DNA of 63,968 nucleotides, filler included, from Octopus bimaculoides (lineage: Eukaryota), in assembly GCF_001194135.2 (NCBI RefSeq). It is 8 parts of 7 records of this genome, joined end to end, with 100 filler letters (N's around TTAATTAATTAA, not from the genome) between each part and the next. Parts side by side here need not be neighbours in the genome. Positions count along the whole stretch, not along the records: positions 1 to 23,868 come from NC_068987.1; 7 more parts are not named here. One strand, 5' to 3'. The translations under genes and the position numbers were made by a program. Positions 11,850-23,431 of this stretch are shown piece after piece. The notes below the pieces were generated by a model. It had not been told where the DNA came from. It ran no database searches and was given only the letters and a program-made list of their open reading frames with translations. How positions within the stretch are numbered: the stretch's first letter is position 1; each line of letters begins with the position of its first letter.

Positions 11850-12577
11850 ATAAACGTCTTTTTATGTATGCATGCATGGCATTCGAAGGAAAAGATATTT
11901 GCATTCTGTTGGCGTTTATACACGAGAACTTTGTGCGCACCGGGAATTTCCGAAATTGACCTGTCAAACGACCATGTCAGATTAAAGTGGTCCCCTTTAT
12001 ATGAGGAATTTATCTACAACAAGAATTCCATTCCATTCATTAAGGTTACGCGTAATTTCCTATTCTTATTCTCTACTACCGGAAACAGAGATAGCCGTTA
12101 TAAACAAAGGACTATAAGTTGCAAGCTTTGAACATGTTGTAGCAGACAAGATACTTATTCTTTTCTTTTTCTTTCCTTGTACGTGTGTGTGTACGAGTGT
12201 CTGTGCGTGCGTACGGTGAGTATGTAGTGTGTGTGTGTGTGCGTATACGTATGCGTATGCAGTGTTTGTAGTGTGTGTGTGTGTGTGTGTAGTGTTTGTG
12301 TCTGTATATATTGTGTTTCTGTGTGTGTGTGTGTTTAGCCTTTTGAATCTAAATAAAGCTCAAGGAATTAATTGGATGATGCGCGTGTGTATTTAATGAA
12401 CGTTTGTGCGTCTGTGTACTTATATATACAGGTATAATGTGAGGTGTGTGCCTGTGAAGTATCGCGTGTGTGTAGTGCTTGTGTGCAATGTATGTGTTGG
12501 CGTGCATGCGTTACTCTCTTGAATGAGTTTAACTGTAGAGAATGTGTGTGTATGCTATTGTATATATATATATATAT

Positions 12578-12844
12578 ATAAAAGCAACACGGATTTTAAA
12601 GATGACTGCAGTACGCACGTTTCATGCTACTCCATTTATTTAAGTAATGCGAGCATTACATTAAATGCAATATGTAGAGCAATATTCAAACATATAATTG
12701 TGGCAACATTTAAAATCCAAGTGGGAAGAAGAATACATAAAAATCCATCTTGACATAGCCAAGGCTAGCAGGCTATACTCTGGTGCCTAAACATACTATA
12801 TTCTGGTGCCTAAACATAAGTACCACATTCAATTTCGAATCTAA

Positions 12845-12845
<1 letters not shown>
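12578..12845 (+). mobile_element. Copy of the repeat that forms the 47.5-48.0 kb foldback, plus segment X; flanked by (TA)n
   Basis: AAGCAACACGGATTTTAAAGATG...CTTGACATAGCCAAGGCTA is collinear with 47556-47780 apart from an internal deletion. 12781-12845 is the reverse complement of ~47443-47500. Confidence 0.8.
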
Positions 12846-12884
<39 letters not shown>

Positions 12885-13343
12885 ATGTGTGTGTGTGTCT
12901 GTGTGTGTGTGTGTGTGTGTGTTTGCTTGTGTGTATTGATAACGCACACTGTACAAAATATAACTGGATTGAAAACACTATAATTTTATACGGAATAAAA
13001 ACGAATGAGGAGAATAACTAAGGAAGATTTACTAATAAGTAAAATACAAACCTAAATTAAACACAGTGATACATCACACGTACAAAGTATATCATATCAA
13101 AAACATATTTACAAGAATTTACAGTTATACAGTTTTAAATCCGGCATTGATGATTTTATTATTTATACAATTATTCCCAAGCTCCCGTACCACTAGCTGC
13201 AAAACGCATGGGAAACATCCCCATTGCAAAACTGTATTTTGAAAATGAGATTCTGGGAGTCTCGAAACGTCAGAATAATGGATTTAGGGATGATATTGTT
13301 TTAGAGAAAACGTAAAGTAATAATAATGTGAATATTCTTCTAT

Positions 13344-13741
13344 AGGCGTAGGAATGACTGTGTGGTAAGTAGCTTGCTTACGAACCACATGGTTTCGTGT
13401 TCAGTCCCACTGCGTGGCACCTTGGGCAAGTGTCTTCTACTATAGCCTCGGGTCGACCAAAGCCTTGTGAGTGGATTTGGTAGACGGAAACTGAAAGAAA
13501 ACCGTCGTGTATATGTATATATATATATATATTTATATGTGTGTGTCTGTGTTTGTCCCCCCAACACCGCTTGACAACCGATGCTGGTGTGTTTACGTCC
13601 CCGTAATTTAGTGGTTCGGCAAAAGAGACCGATAGAATAAGTACTAGGCTTACAAAGAATAAGTCCAAGGGTCGATTTGCTCGATTAAAGGTGGTGCCCT
13701 AGCATGGCCGCAGTCAAATGACTGAAACAAGTGAAAGAGTA
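13344..13741 (+). mobile_element. SINE family A, full length
   Basis: Head AGGCGTAGGAATGACTGTGTGG...GTTCAGTCCC, CORE-like CCTTGGGCAAGTGTC, complete tail. Confidence 0.92.
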
Positions 13742-13959
13742 NNNNNNNNNNNNNNNNNNNNNNNNNNNNNNNNNNNNNNNNNNNNNNNNNNNNNNNNNNN
13801 NNNNNNNNNNNNNNNNNNNNNNNNNNNNNNNNNNNNNNNNNNNNNNNNNNNNNNNNNNNNNNNNNNNNNNNNNNNNNNNNNNNNNNNNNNNNNNNNNNNN
13901 NNNNNNNNNNNNNNNNNNNNNNNNNNNNNNNNNNNNNNNNNNNNNNNNNNNNNNNNNNN

Positions 13960-14003
<44 letters not shown>

Positions 14004-14384
14004 ATACATACATGCATACATACATACATACATATCTACATATATGTTTGTCTATATATAGTATGTATGTGTCTGCATGTGTTTTTGTATAACACAGCTA
14101 GCAGCAATATACTCCAAAAATAAAGCTTCAGCATGGTCATTCGATCCTTTAGAAGTAGCAGTCAGTATCTCCCTCAAGTCTCACCGCAGCACCTATATAA
14201 AAGAAAAAATGGTGACATTCTTGGTGATGATGGTGATGAAAGCGATGATAGCTTCTCATGCTTTTTCGTGAATGACATCGGGGATGGCATCTACAATATT
14301 TGTTCTTTGGAATTTCCGAAGAATGAAACCTAATTTTCTCTGACACTTTACTAATTCTACAACATGTTTCTGATTATAAGAAGT

Positions 14385-14548
14385 AGGTATAGCTATGTTC
14401 TTAAGAATTTCGCTTGGCAACCACGTGGTTTCGGGTTTAATGTCACAAAACGGCACCTTAGGGAAAATATCAGCACGGAGCCGGCCGGTCAGCCATTGAC
14501 CTTTCTGAATGAATTTGGTAAACAGAAGCTTTGTTGAAACCCATCGTG
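14385..14548 (+). mobile_element. SINE family A, old head fragment
   Basis: Diverged match to the family A head and core. Confidence 0.6.
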
Positions 14549-14642
14549 TGTGTGTGTGTGTGTGTGTGTGTGTCTGTGTGTGTGTCTGTGTCTGTGTGTG
14601 TGTGTGCGTGTGCGTTCGTGTGATTTTGTTTGTCTGTGAAGA

Positions 14643-14912
14643 CGCGTAGCTTAGTGCTTGGGGCATTCGGTTCACTGTCGTAAGGTCGTGAGTTCAGTTC
14701 TCGGTGATGTGTTGTATCCTTGAGCAAGACACTTTATTCCACGTTGCTCCAGTCCATTCAGTTGTAAAAAAAAAAATGAATTGTACTTGTAATTCAAAGA
14801 AGCAGCTTTGTCACATTCTGTCACGCTGAATCTCCCAGAGAAACTACGTTATGAGTACGCATGTCTGTGGAGTGCTCAGCCACTTACACGTTAATATCAC
14901 GAGCAGGCTGCT
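14643..14912 (+). mobile_element. SINE family C
   Basis: GCGTAGCTTAGTG...GAGTTCAGTTC...TCCTTGAGCAAGACACTTTAT, then a family-specific tail. Confidence 0.8.
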
Positions 14913-15936
14913 TGTTTGTCTTTCATCTTTTTTAGGACCAGAGTTGATATGCTTATGTCCCTGCAACTTAGCAGATCGCTAACAGAAACTGAAAGAATAA
15001 GTTGCAAGACTTTTAAATAAGATATGCACCAAAACAAGCGAACAACTGCTATTCTTAATACATGTCAGATGTTACCTAATATACCAAAACAACTAGTGTT
15101 GTACGATATAAAGTAGGAGAAATAGCAACCAAATGACCTTCAAATCACACCCTACTGTCTTCAAAAACAAGGGTCACGTTGCATAATATGATCCTTGATA
15201 GATGTACTGCATCTATACAAATATGTTTGGATGATGAGACCTTCTTCAGATGCAACTGTACCTAAAGAGAGAAAGCAAAAAAAGCGTTATATACGAATTA
15301 GTCACAATTGAAAAGGCTTTTGATCGTAGTTCTCTCTTTGATCGTTTGACCTGACAACAATACAACTGCTAAACAACAACGACTTCAACTGCTTCTGCTG
15401 TTTTTGTAGTTAATAGATAACAAGGCTTCCGATATTCTAGACAATTCTAAAAACAAGTTTTAGAACATATACCCACATCGTTATTGTATTCATGTACAAA
15501 ATACCATTATTATAATGCAACACAGACTTTTATCAAACTCGCTTGTGGCTCGATGTGAAACAAACAGCTGCTTTTGCTTTGAATTTTTTTTTTTTTTTTC
15601 CTTTGTAGCAGTCATTTTTTTCCGTTGCCGTAAATATCATATACAAAGACCCACACCAGCACCATCACCATCACCAGCATCACCACCGCTACCACCACCA
15701 CCACCACCACCANNNNNNNNNNNNNNNNNNNNNNNNNNNNNNNNNNNNNNNNNNNNNNNNNNNNNNNNNNNNNNNNNNNNNNNNNNNNNNNNNNNNNNNN
15801 NNNNNNNNNNNNNNNNNNNNNNNNNNNNNNNNNNNNNNNNNNNNNNNNNNNNNNNNNNNNNNNNNNNNNNNNNNNNNNNNNNNNNNNNNNNNNNNNNNNN
15901 NNNNNNNNNNNNNNNNNNNNNNNNNNNNNNNNNNNN

Positions 15937-15981
<45 letters not shown>

Positions 15982-16017
15982 TTACTACTACTACTACTGC
16001 AGCTGCTGCTACTACTG

Positions 16018-16052
<35 letters not shown>

Positions 16053-16059
16053 GCCACTG

Positions 16060-16153
<94 letters not shown>

Positions 16154-16155
16154 CA
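15937..16155. repeat. (CTA)n trinucleotide microsatellite next to a gap
   Basis: About 70 units with CTG and CCA interruptions. Confidence 0.95.
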
Positions 16156-16169
16156 CAAATAAAAATGAT

Positions 16170-16620
16170 TTCTTACTAAGTCGGAAGTCATCGTATTTTG
16201 GGAATGAAGACAGTCGATTATATCGACCCGGTCTCTTAACTGGTACTTTAGTTTATCGATCTTGGATCGACGAATTGCATTGTAGATCTCAATCAGGTTA
16301 AAATTCAAAACGGAAAGAGCCAGAATACTGTAAGATTATTTATTTTTCTTCCTTTCTTTCTTTCTTTCTCTTCACTTTTTCGATTTTAGCGTCAACTGCT
16401 CGAGATAATGGTTTCGGATTTCTGGAACCAGGTTAGCTGGGTATGGGATTTGTCGATAAGATTAACATCAATATTTAACTAGCATTTTATCTTATTCACC
16501 CTCGTAAGGATTAATAGCAAAGTTGCCCACGGCAAGATTTGAACTCAGAATATAAAATTCCAAAAGAAATACTGCAAGGTATTTCTTTTGCCTCTCTAGA
16601 GATTTCTCCAGCTCAGGTCT
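16170..16620 (-). mobile_element. Two old SINE family B fragments
   Basis: GTCGATTATATCGACCC...TGGTACTT...TTTATCGATC (16170-16340) and GCAAAGTTGCCCACGGCAAGATTTGAACTCAGAA (16400-16620). Confidence 0.65.
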
Positions 16621-16674
16621 TTGATGGGAGGAGTATCTATTTCTTCTATAGTTCTTCTTATAACTCAAGTCAAG

Positions 16675-16835
16675 TGGATATCAGCCTGCAAGAAATTACC
16701 AAAATTCATTGAACTCACAACCTGTTGTCTTGAAAAAAATTAAGATGGTAACATATTAGATAATATTGTCATAGATAAGCTTGGTCTGAAACGATGACTG
16801 TATTGTCACGGCTGGAATGTTTTTCATCATACATC
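16675..16835 (+). mobile_element. Dispersed repeat family E (SINE-tail-like); other copies near 15112, 52635, 53735 and 59277 (minus)
   Basis: Shared skeleton AGAAATAGCAGCCAAATCT...CACACCCTAC.GTCTT...GG.CAC...GATAAT...GGTCACGGCTGGA. Confidence 0.55.
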
Positions 16836-16837
16836 CG

Positions 16838-17002
16838 AGCAGGCGTGGCTGTGTATTAAGAAGTTTGCTTCCCAACCACATGGTTCTTGGTTCAGTCACA
16901 CAACGTGGTACTGTGAGCTTATCTTCTACTATAGCTACTGTCTGACTAAGGCCTTGTGAATGGATATTGTAGACGGAAACTGAAAGAAGCTCGTCTCATA
17001 TA
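16838..17002 (+). mobile_element. SINE family A head and core
   Basis: GCAGGCGTGGCTGTGT...GGTTCAGTCAC...GTAGACGGAAACTGAAAGAAGC. Confidence 0.75.
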
Positions 17003-17089
17003 CAAGCATACATACATACATACATACATACATACATACATACATACATACATACATGCTTGCATGCATACATACGTATATATATTTAG

Positions 17090-17285
17090 CTGAAATTTAC
17101 TGAAAAACAAAAGACGAATATAGGTGTATCAACAACAAGCAGGTGTATTAGTTTGACACTCGAGAAAGTGAAAAAGTATTTTACGTTTCGAGCCTACGCT
17201 TTTCAACAGAAAGAAATAAGAGAAAATAAACAGAAAGAGAATAATAAAAACTTGTGGATTTAGCGATCAAGCATGGCGACTGGTT
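17090..17285 (-). mobile_element. Family D Penelope-like element end
   Basis: Minus strand reads CTTT-CTGTTGA-A-AAGCGTAGGCTC-GAAAC-GTA-AAA at 17178-17213. Confidence 0.6.
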
Positions 17286-17372
17286 AGAAAAAAAAAACGG
17301 TTTTACAGGAAAGATTGAAAGGAGATGTAATAAAGTATTGATGATCCCAAAACGAAGGTACGCATATTATAT

Positions 17373-17419
<47 letters not shown>

Positions 17420-17838
17420 NNNNNNNNNNNNNNNNNNNNNNNNNNNNNNNNNNNNNNNNNNTATATATGTATATATATATATATAAATTAATACGGAAGA
17501 CGGAGTGTAATTAGAAGCATTTCTATTAGCACAACAATCGTTTCGGCTTCATACTGCACTGCTCTCCAGTGCGCATAGAACGAGGTAATGATAAATCAAT
17601 AAAAGAGTTTCTAGAAGTTCAGTCACATTTTAAACTTGAGAAAAGTCTTGCAGATTGTATTTGTAATGTGCGAATTAGTTGATTAGTCTTTGTGTTTCTG
17701 TTTATCCTCCACCACTGTTTGACAACCGGTACTACTTTGTTTATGTCCCCGTAACTTAATGGTTCTGGGAAAAAGAGATAGATAGAATATGTACCAGGCT
17801 TTAAAAAGAAAAAGTAAATAGGTCGGTTTGTTTGACTA

Positions 17839-18369
17839 AAGGAGTTCCCAAAGTGGGCGGTACTGCTCCTCTGGGGTGGGGGGCAGTGGTAAGATCCAGG
17901 GGGCGTTGAAGAAAACTCGGATGGTAATGGGTTGGTCAAGAGATGACCGGTATTAAAGTTACAGGTAAAAATGTAACAGTAATAAAGTCATAATTTTGGC
18001 TAGGATAAAAAGTCACCGGAAAAAAGTCACAATTAATTTATGGGATCCGGACAAAGCCCCACTCGGACAAAACCCCCTCGGACAACTCCCTACCCCGGAC
18101 AAAACCTCTGTTACTTTTTTTCCTGTGACTTTTTTCCGTGACTTTTTACCTGTGACTTTTTTTTACTTGGATTCGGTCAAAAGTGGGCAATGGATGTAAA
18201 ATCAACAAAACAATGTTTTAATTAGATTCAGTTTTGTTTCTGAAATACAGTCGTTTTGAATTTTCTGCAGAAAATGGTCTATGTTTGTAGTGATGAGTTG
18301 AGTGGGGGCGCTAGAATGTAGCCTGGGTGCCAAGGAGGCGGAAGCCCGAAAAAAGTTTGGGAACCACTA
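17839..18369. mobile_element. hAT-type MITE inserted in a SINE A tail and itself carrying nested TIR elements
   Basis: Ends AAGGAGTTCCCAAA / TTTGGGAACCACTA. SINE A tail sequence stops at 17838 and resumes at ~18370. Confidence 0.7.
17944..18178. mobile_element. Nested TIR element with subterminal AAAAAGTCAC repeats (MULE-like), containing a CGGACAAAACCCC repeat block
   Basis: Left AAAAAGTCACCGGAAAAAAGTCACA versus right TGTGACTTTTTTCCGTGACTTTTT; termini TGACCG / CGGTCA; four CGGACAA units at 18047-18105. Confidence 0.6.
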
Positions 18370-18850
18370 GGCTAAACTCTTCAACGCAGTGCCCCAGTAT
18401 GGCTACAGTCTAATAAGTGAAACGAGTAAAAAGACAATAAAAATAAGCGAAATATGCTTTCATGAACAAAATTAACACCTAAACAACTACGATAATATCC
18501 GCATTAACATTCACAACATATTATCTAGTTTTGCTCTGAGACAATATGCTAAATAATAAATCAAGCCAGCGTTTAGGTTTCATTTATTAGCCAGTAAGAT
18601 GTCATTCAGGTGTCAGAAAATACTTCCTATTGACATTTCGACGCTAGTCTAAATCTGGATCATATTCAAACGTCACTAACTTGGCTATGTGTTTCATGTA
18701 TGCTTGACTCATAGCTGGGACACAATACAAATACGATCTGTGAGCACGTGTTGTAACGGCCAAGCGGACACGTTATATATACATATACATACATACATAC
18801 ATACATGCATACATACATGCATGCATACATGCATGCATACATGCATGCAT

Positions 18851-18908
<58 letters not shown>

Positions 18909-18929
18909 ACACGCACACACATATAAGTA

Positions 18930-19165
18930 TATATCTATTATCTTTTATTTGTTTCAGTTAGTAACCTACAACCATGATTGGGTACTGCTTTGGAGAATTT
19001 TAGTCGAATGAATCAGCTCCAGTAAATATTCTTTTGTTAAGCCTAGTACTTATTCTATCGGTTTCTTTTGCCGACCCGCTACGTTATGGGGACGTAAATA
19101 CATCAGCACCCGTTGTCAAGCGGTGGTGGGGGACAAACACAGACACAAAGATACACACACATGCA
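18930..19165 (-). mobile_element. SINE family A, 3' half
   Basis: Tail match to 153-380. Confidence 0.8.
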
Positions 19166-19336
19166 TATATATGGGGCCTTCTATATTTCTAAGAAACCGG
19201 CTCCTTCCTTAGAGGAAGGATATAAGCAATCAAAAACACAAAGTATGATCAACTAACTCGCACATCTGTAAGTACAAGACTTTTCTCAAGTTTAAAATGT
19301 GGCATTGTCTTCGTTATATATATGTAGTGAAACTAC

Positions 19337-19370
19337 CTATCGTCACTAGATACAAAACTGCTATCGCCAT
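19337..19370 (-). other. Candidate first coding exon MAIAVLYLVTI(G), phase-1 donor
   Basis: AGAATGGCG start context, hydrophobic 11 residues, TAG|GTAGTT donor, located just left of the E-box promoter. No downstream exon confirmed. Confidence 0.25.
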
Positions 19371-19425
19371 TCTTCTCATTTAAATATAAACAAACGCGAA
19401 CGTAGGGGAAAACACCAGCCTTGTC

Positions 19426-19555
19426 ATCACGTGACTGATTATTATTTGAAGCGGCAAATTCTTCGAACCTTTCTCGCCAGAACGCAAACTGACCAATCAC
19501 AGCCCTTAATAAGGTCACGTGATAGAGTATTAAACTGAAGCATTCGGGAGCCAAT
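19426..19555. promoter_or_regulatory. Candidate bidirectional promoter: two TCACGTGA E-boxes and two CCAAT boxes
   Basis: ATCACGTGAC 19426-19435, CCAATCA 19493-19499, GTCACGTGAT 19514-19523 and GCCAAT 19550-19555, in unique CpG-rich sequence. Confidence 0.6.
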
Positions 19556-22500
19556 AATTCGCCTTAAATAGATCAACTCATATCCAACAAATTTGTCTCG
19601 GTCCAGTTTCTCTTTGAGATCTGTTCCGTGTACCACACGACAGCAGCAGCAACAATTAGCCAGCGACCACTTCAACAGCTTCGTCCAGCCAACGATGACC
19701 ACCGCCGTCGCCATATCAGCAACNNNNNNNNNNNNNNNNNNNNNNNNNNNNNNNNNNNNNNNNNNNNNNNNNNNNNNNNNNNNNNNNNNNNNNNNNNNNN
19801 NNNNNNNNNNNNNNNNNNNNNNNNNNNNNNNNNNNNNNNNNNNNNNNNNNNNNNNNNNNNNNNNNNNNNNNNNNNNNNNNNNNNNNNNNNNNNNNNNNNN
19901 NNNNNNNNNNNNNNNNNNNNNNNNNNNNNNNNNNNNNNNNNNNNNNNNNNNNNNNNNNNNNNNNNNNNNNNNNNNNNNNNNNNNNNNNNNNNNNNNNNNN
20001 NNNNNNNNNNNNNNNNNNNNNNNNNNNNNNNNNNNNNNNNNNNNNNNNNNNNNNNNNNNNNNNNNNNNNNNNNNNNNNNNNNNNNNNNNNNNNNNNNNNN
20101 NNNNNNNNNNNNNNNNNNNNNNNNNNNNNNNNNNNNNNNNNNNNNNNNNNNNNNNNNNNNNNNNNNNNNNNNNNNNNNNNNNNNNNNNNNNNNNNNNNNN
20201 NNNNNNNNNNNNNNNNNNNNNNNNNNNNNNNNNNNNNNNNNNNNNNNNNNNNNNNNNNNNNNNNNNNNNNNNNNNNNNNNNNNNNNNNNNNNNNNNNNNN
20301 NNNNNNNNNNNNNNNNNNNNNNNNNNNNNNNNNNNNNNNNNNNNNNNNNNNNNNNNNNNNNNNNNNNNNNNNNNNNNNNNNNNNNNNNNNNNNNNNNNNN
20401 NNNNNNNNNNNNNNNNNNNNNNNNNNNNNNNNNNNNNNNNNNNNNNNNNNNNNNNNNNNNNNNNNNNNNNNNNNNNNNNNNNNNCAAAAAAAAAAAGATG
20501 AAATAACTAAAATCGAAACCCCAAACCACCAAAAAAACCCCCCAGAAAACTCCAATGGAATCCGAAACTTGGAAGGATTTACTTATTTTTAAAGCCATGT
20601 ACATATTCAATGCTTATGATATACATTCATATACATGTGTGTGTCTGTGTGTGAGTGTGCTACCTTGGTGTTTGTACTTGTGCCTCATTATGTAACAACT
20701 GGTATTGGGTCATCTGTAATCTAACTAGGTCAGCTGTAATGTAACGGTTCCAAAGAAAACGGGTCCGATAAAGTACTAATCAAAAGAATAAGAACTGGGC
20801 GCAATTTGATCGATTAAACACTTCAAGGCGGCGCTCCAGCATGACTGAAACGTGATCATTTCCTCTTCTCATCTGGAGTTGGTCGCTTCTACCACTAGGC
20901 ATTTGTTTTACCTTCTCTGGAAGCGAAGATAGTTTAAATAAATCGCGAATTTGTTTTGTATGGTATATAACAGATTTATGTGTTTCTGCTGTCTGTATTC
21001 ATGTTATTGGCCACTTGGGATATTTATCCTAGCTCATTTTTTGTTAAATTATGCAAATTACCCTCGGCCATAACTGTTCTCTATCCTTTTTATATAAGTT
21101 TTAAGTCTTATGTCAGTTGATAATCAACACTGCTGATGAACTCTATTTTGCAGAAACACTTGTACTTGACTGACATCATTTCCAGAAAAAGAAAAAACAA
21201 CTGTCTTTTCATCAATAGTATGTCAGCTCTACAGAACTGTTATTTCTTCATATTATCTTCTCTTCACAATCGAAGTTGCCCGCAGTCGCCATCAGGTGTC
21301 TTTCTTTCTTTCTTTCTTTCTTCCTTCCTTTTTATTTCTTTTTTTAGAGCAATGACAGTTTCAATGCATCAAGGATTTCATCTTGTATCGTATTTAACAT
21401 ACTTTCATTCATCTTTGTTCTCCAAATTCTTGCCATTAGCAACTCTAGCTATTTCTTTTAGTTCATTTTTGTTAAATATATATATTTTATAAATAATGTG
21501 TCTGTGTATGTATTTGTGAACGCAAACACACACAGACATATACATACATGCATGCGTACATACATACGTAGATACAAACATATGCGGTACAATACGTATG
21601 TGTTAATAAAATATTAATAAAATATTCATATAATATTACTTTGAATAATCTTTGCATAATAGAACGGTGAGAATATTTTTATCTTCTGTAGTTGGATTCT
21701 GACCACATCGGACATGAGTAATTTCTTTTAGTAATTTAATCTCTGTAGGTATGACTGTACTTTTATTCAGACGCAGGCGAAAGACACAGGGATGCGATGA
21801 GTCACGTTTATATAGAAACCATTCATATTTATCCAGCTCTGTTTTAAATATATTTCCGTTTAGTTTAGTTTACATATTTCGCTTGCTTTTTCTTGGTTTA
21901 TATTTATTAATGTATTCTACATTGTATAATTTCCATGATACAATTCACAATTGACAACAGTACATCACGTGTGTGTATGTATTTGTGTCTGTCAATAACG
22001 AATCAGATTTTAAATGGAAATTACAATTCATTTGGAAGGATTAATCTAGAAAAGAATAATATACTCAAACATTAATGTATAGCACGAAATTATGTGCACT
22101 TTGGAGATTAAATCTCGTCATGAATATCAGAATTTAGTGCGATACTTGACAATATTGTAAAGTAATAGAATGACCCTGTCTGTGCTGGTGGTTAGGTGAC
22201 TACGAAATTAGCTATAATCCTTATATATGTAGTGATGTAGTACTGTAAATTTATATTAAGAAAATTCTTATGCGTATGGCCTACTTTGTCGCGATCGGCA
22301 GGAGAACATGATAGGGTCTCTTTGGCAAGAGAGCTTGGTATCCTTTTCTCAATCAGATTATTGAAAAAAAAAAAAATAAATAAATAAATAAATAAATAAA
22401 CAAACAAAGGGTTAATGCCACAATCAATGCCACTAGCTTGACGCGCGTGGAAATGGAGAAAGTTCATAGCTATAGCGGTTCGGGCATTGTCCTTCTTCGG

Positions 22501-22608
22501 ATAATAGGGAGAAGAGGAAAGACCATGAAAACCTGATAGTTAGTTAGTTAGGAATTCCAGTCTATATTATATGGTCTTCAGGGTTTATAATGTAATATAC
22601 TTCGTTAA

Positions 22609-23045
22609 AGGCGGCGAGCTAGCAGAAACGTTAGAACGCCGGGCGAAATGCTTAGCGGTATTTCGTCTGTCGCTACGTTCTGAGTTCAAGTTCCGCCGAG
22701 GTCGACTTTGCCTTTCATTCTTTCGGGGTCGATTAAATAAGTACCAATTACGCACTGGGGTCGATATAATCGACTTAATCCCTTTGTCTGTCCTTGTTTG
22801 TTCCCTCTGCGTGTATCCCCTTGTGGTCAGTAAAGAAATAAGAAACGTTAGCACGGCGGACGAAATGCTTAGCGGTATTTCGTCCGTCTTTATGTTCTGA
22901 GTTCAAATTCCGCCGAGGTCGACCTTGCCTTTCGGGGTCGATAAATTAAGTACCAGTTTCGTACTAGGGTCGATCTAATCGACTGCCACCCCCACCTCCC
23001 ACCACAAAAAAATTTCGGTCCTTGCGACAGGAATAGAAAAGAATA
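22609..23045 (+). mobile_element. Head-to-tail dimer of SINE family B (tail type 1, then tail type 2)
   Basis: First unit 22609-22845, second 22846-23045, joined through the shared GAAACGTTAG. Confidence 0.88.
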
Positions 23046-23397
23046 TACTTCGTTATTTATATAACTATATGAACTGCACTTGCTTTTTTGTCACTTTGTG
23101 TAAGGTTAATGTTGAAGGTTTGTTAATATAACGTTCCAACAATTTCATATGTCTTTACTTTTGTTTAAAAAATTAGCATTCTACCAGTTATCTTAATTTC
23201 TTTTAAGCTGTGTTTAGGTTTAGTTTGGAAGGTGTTACTGTACTTAAAAAATTTGATTTTCGCTATTACAGAACATTGAGTTCAAAGAATTAATTCAAAG
23301 CATTAACTCTCACAGGGTTTCGTGTTTTGTACTTACCTATCTATCTACCTACCTACCTTCATACATACATACATACATACATACATACATACATACA

Positions 23398-23431
<34 letters not shown>

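Noticed and set aside
13240-13285. GAGATTC-TGG-GAGTCTC-GAAACGTC, a hammerhead-like stem II plus GAAACGTC
   Set aside because: The CUGANGA core is absent (TTGAAAA) and stem I is poor; at most a dead Penelope relic.
14075-14346. Short ORFs on both strands and a strong minus acceptor at ~14188
   Set aside because: All phases close within 15 codons and the acidic or His-rich stretch derives from a (GAT) repeat. Could be a non-coding exon, but unsupported.
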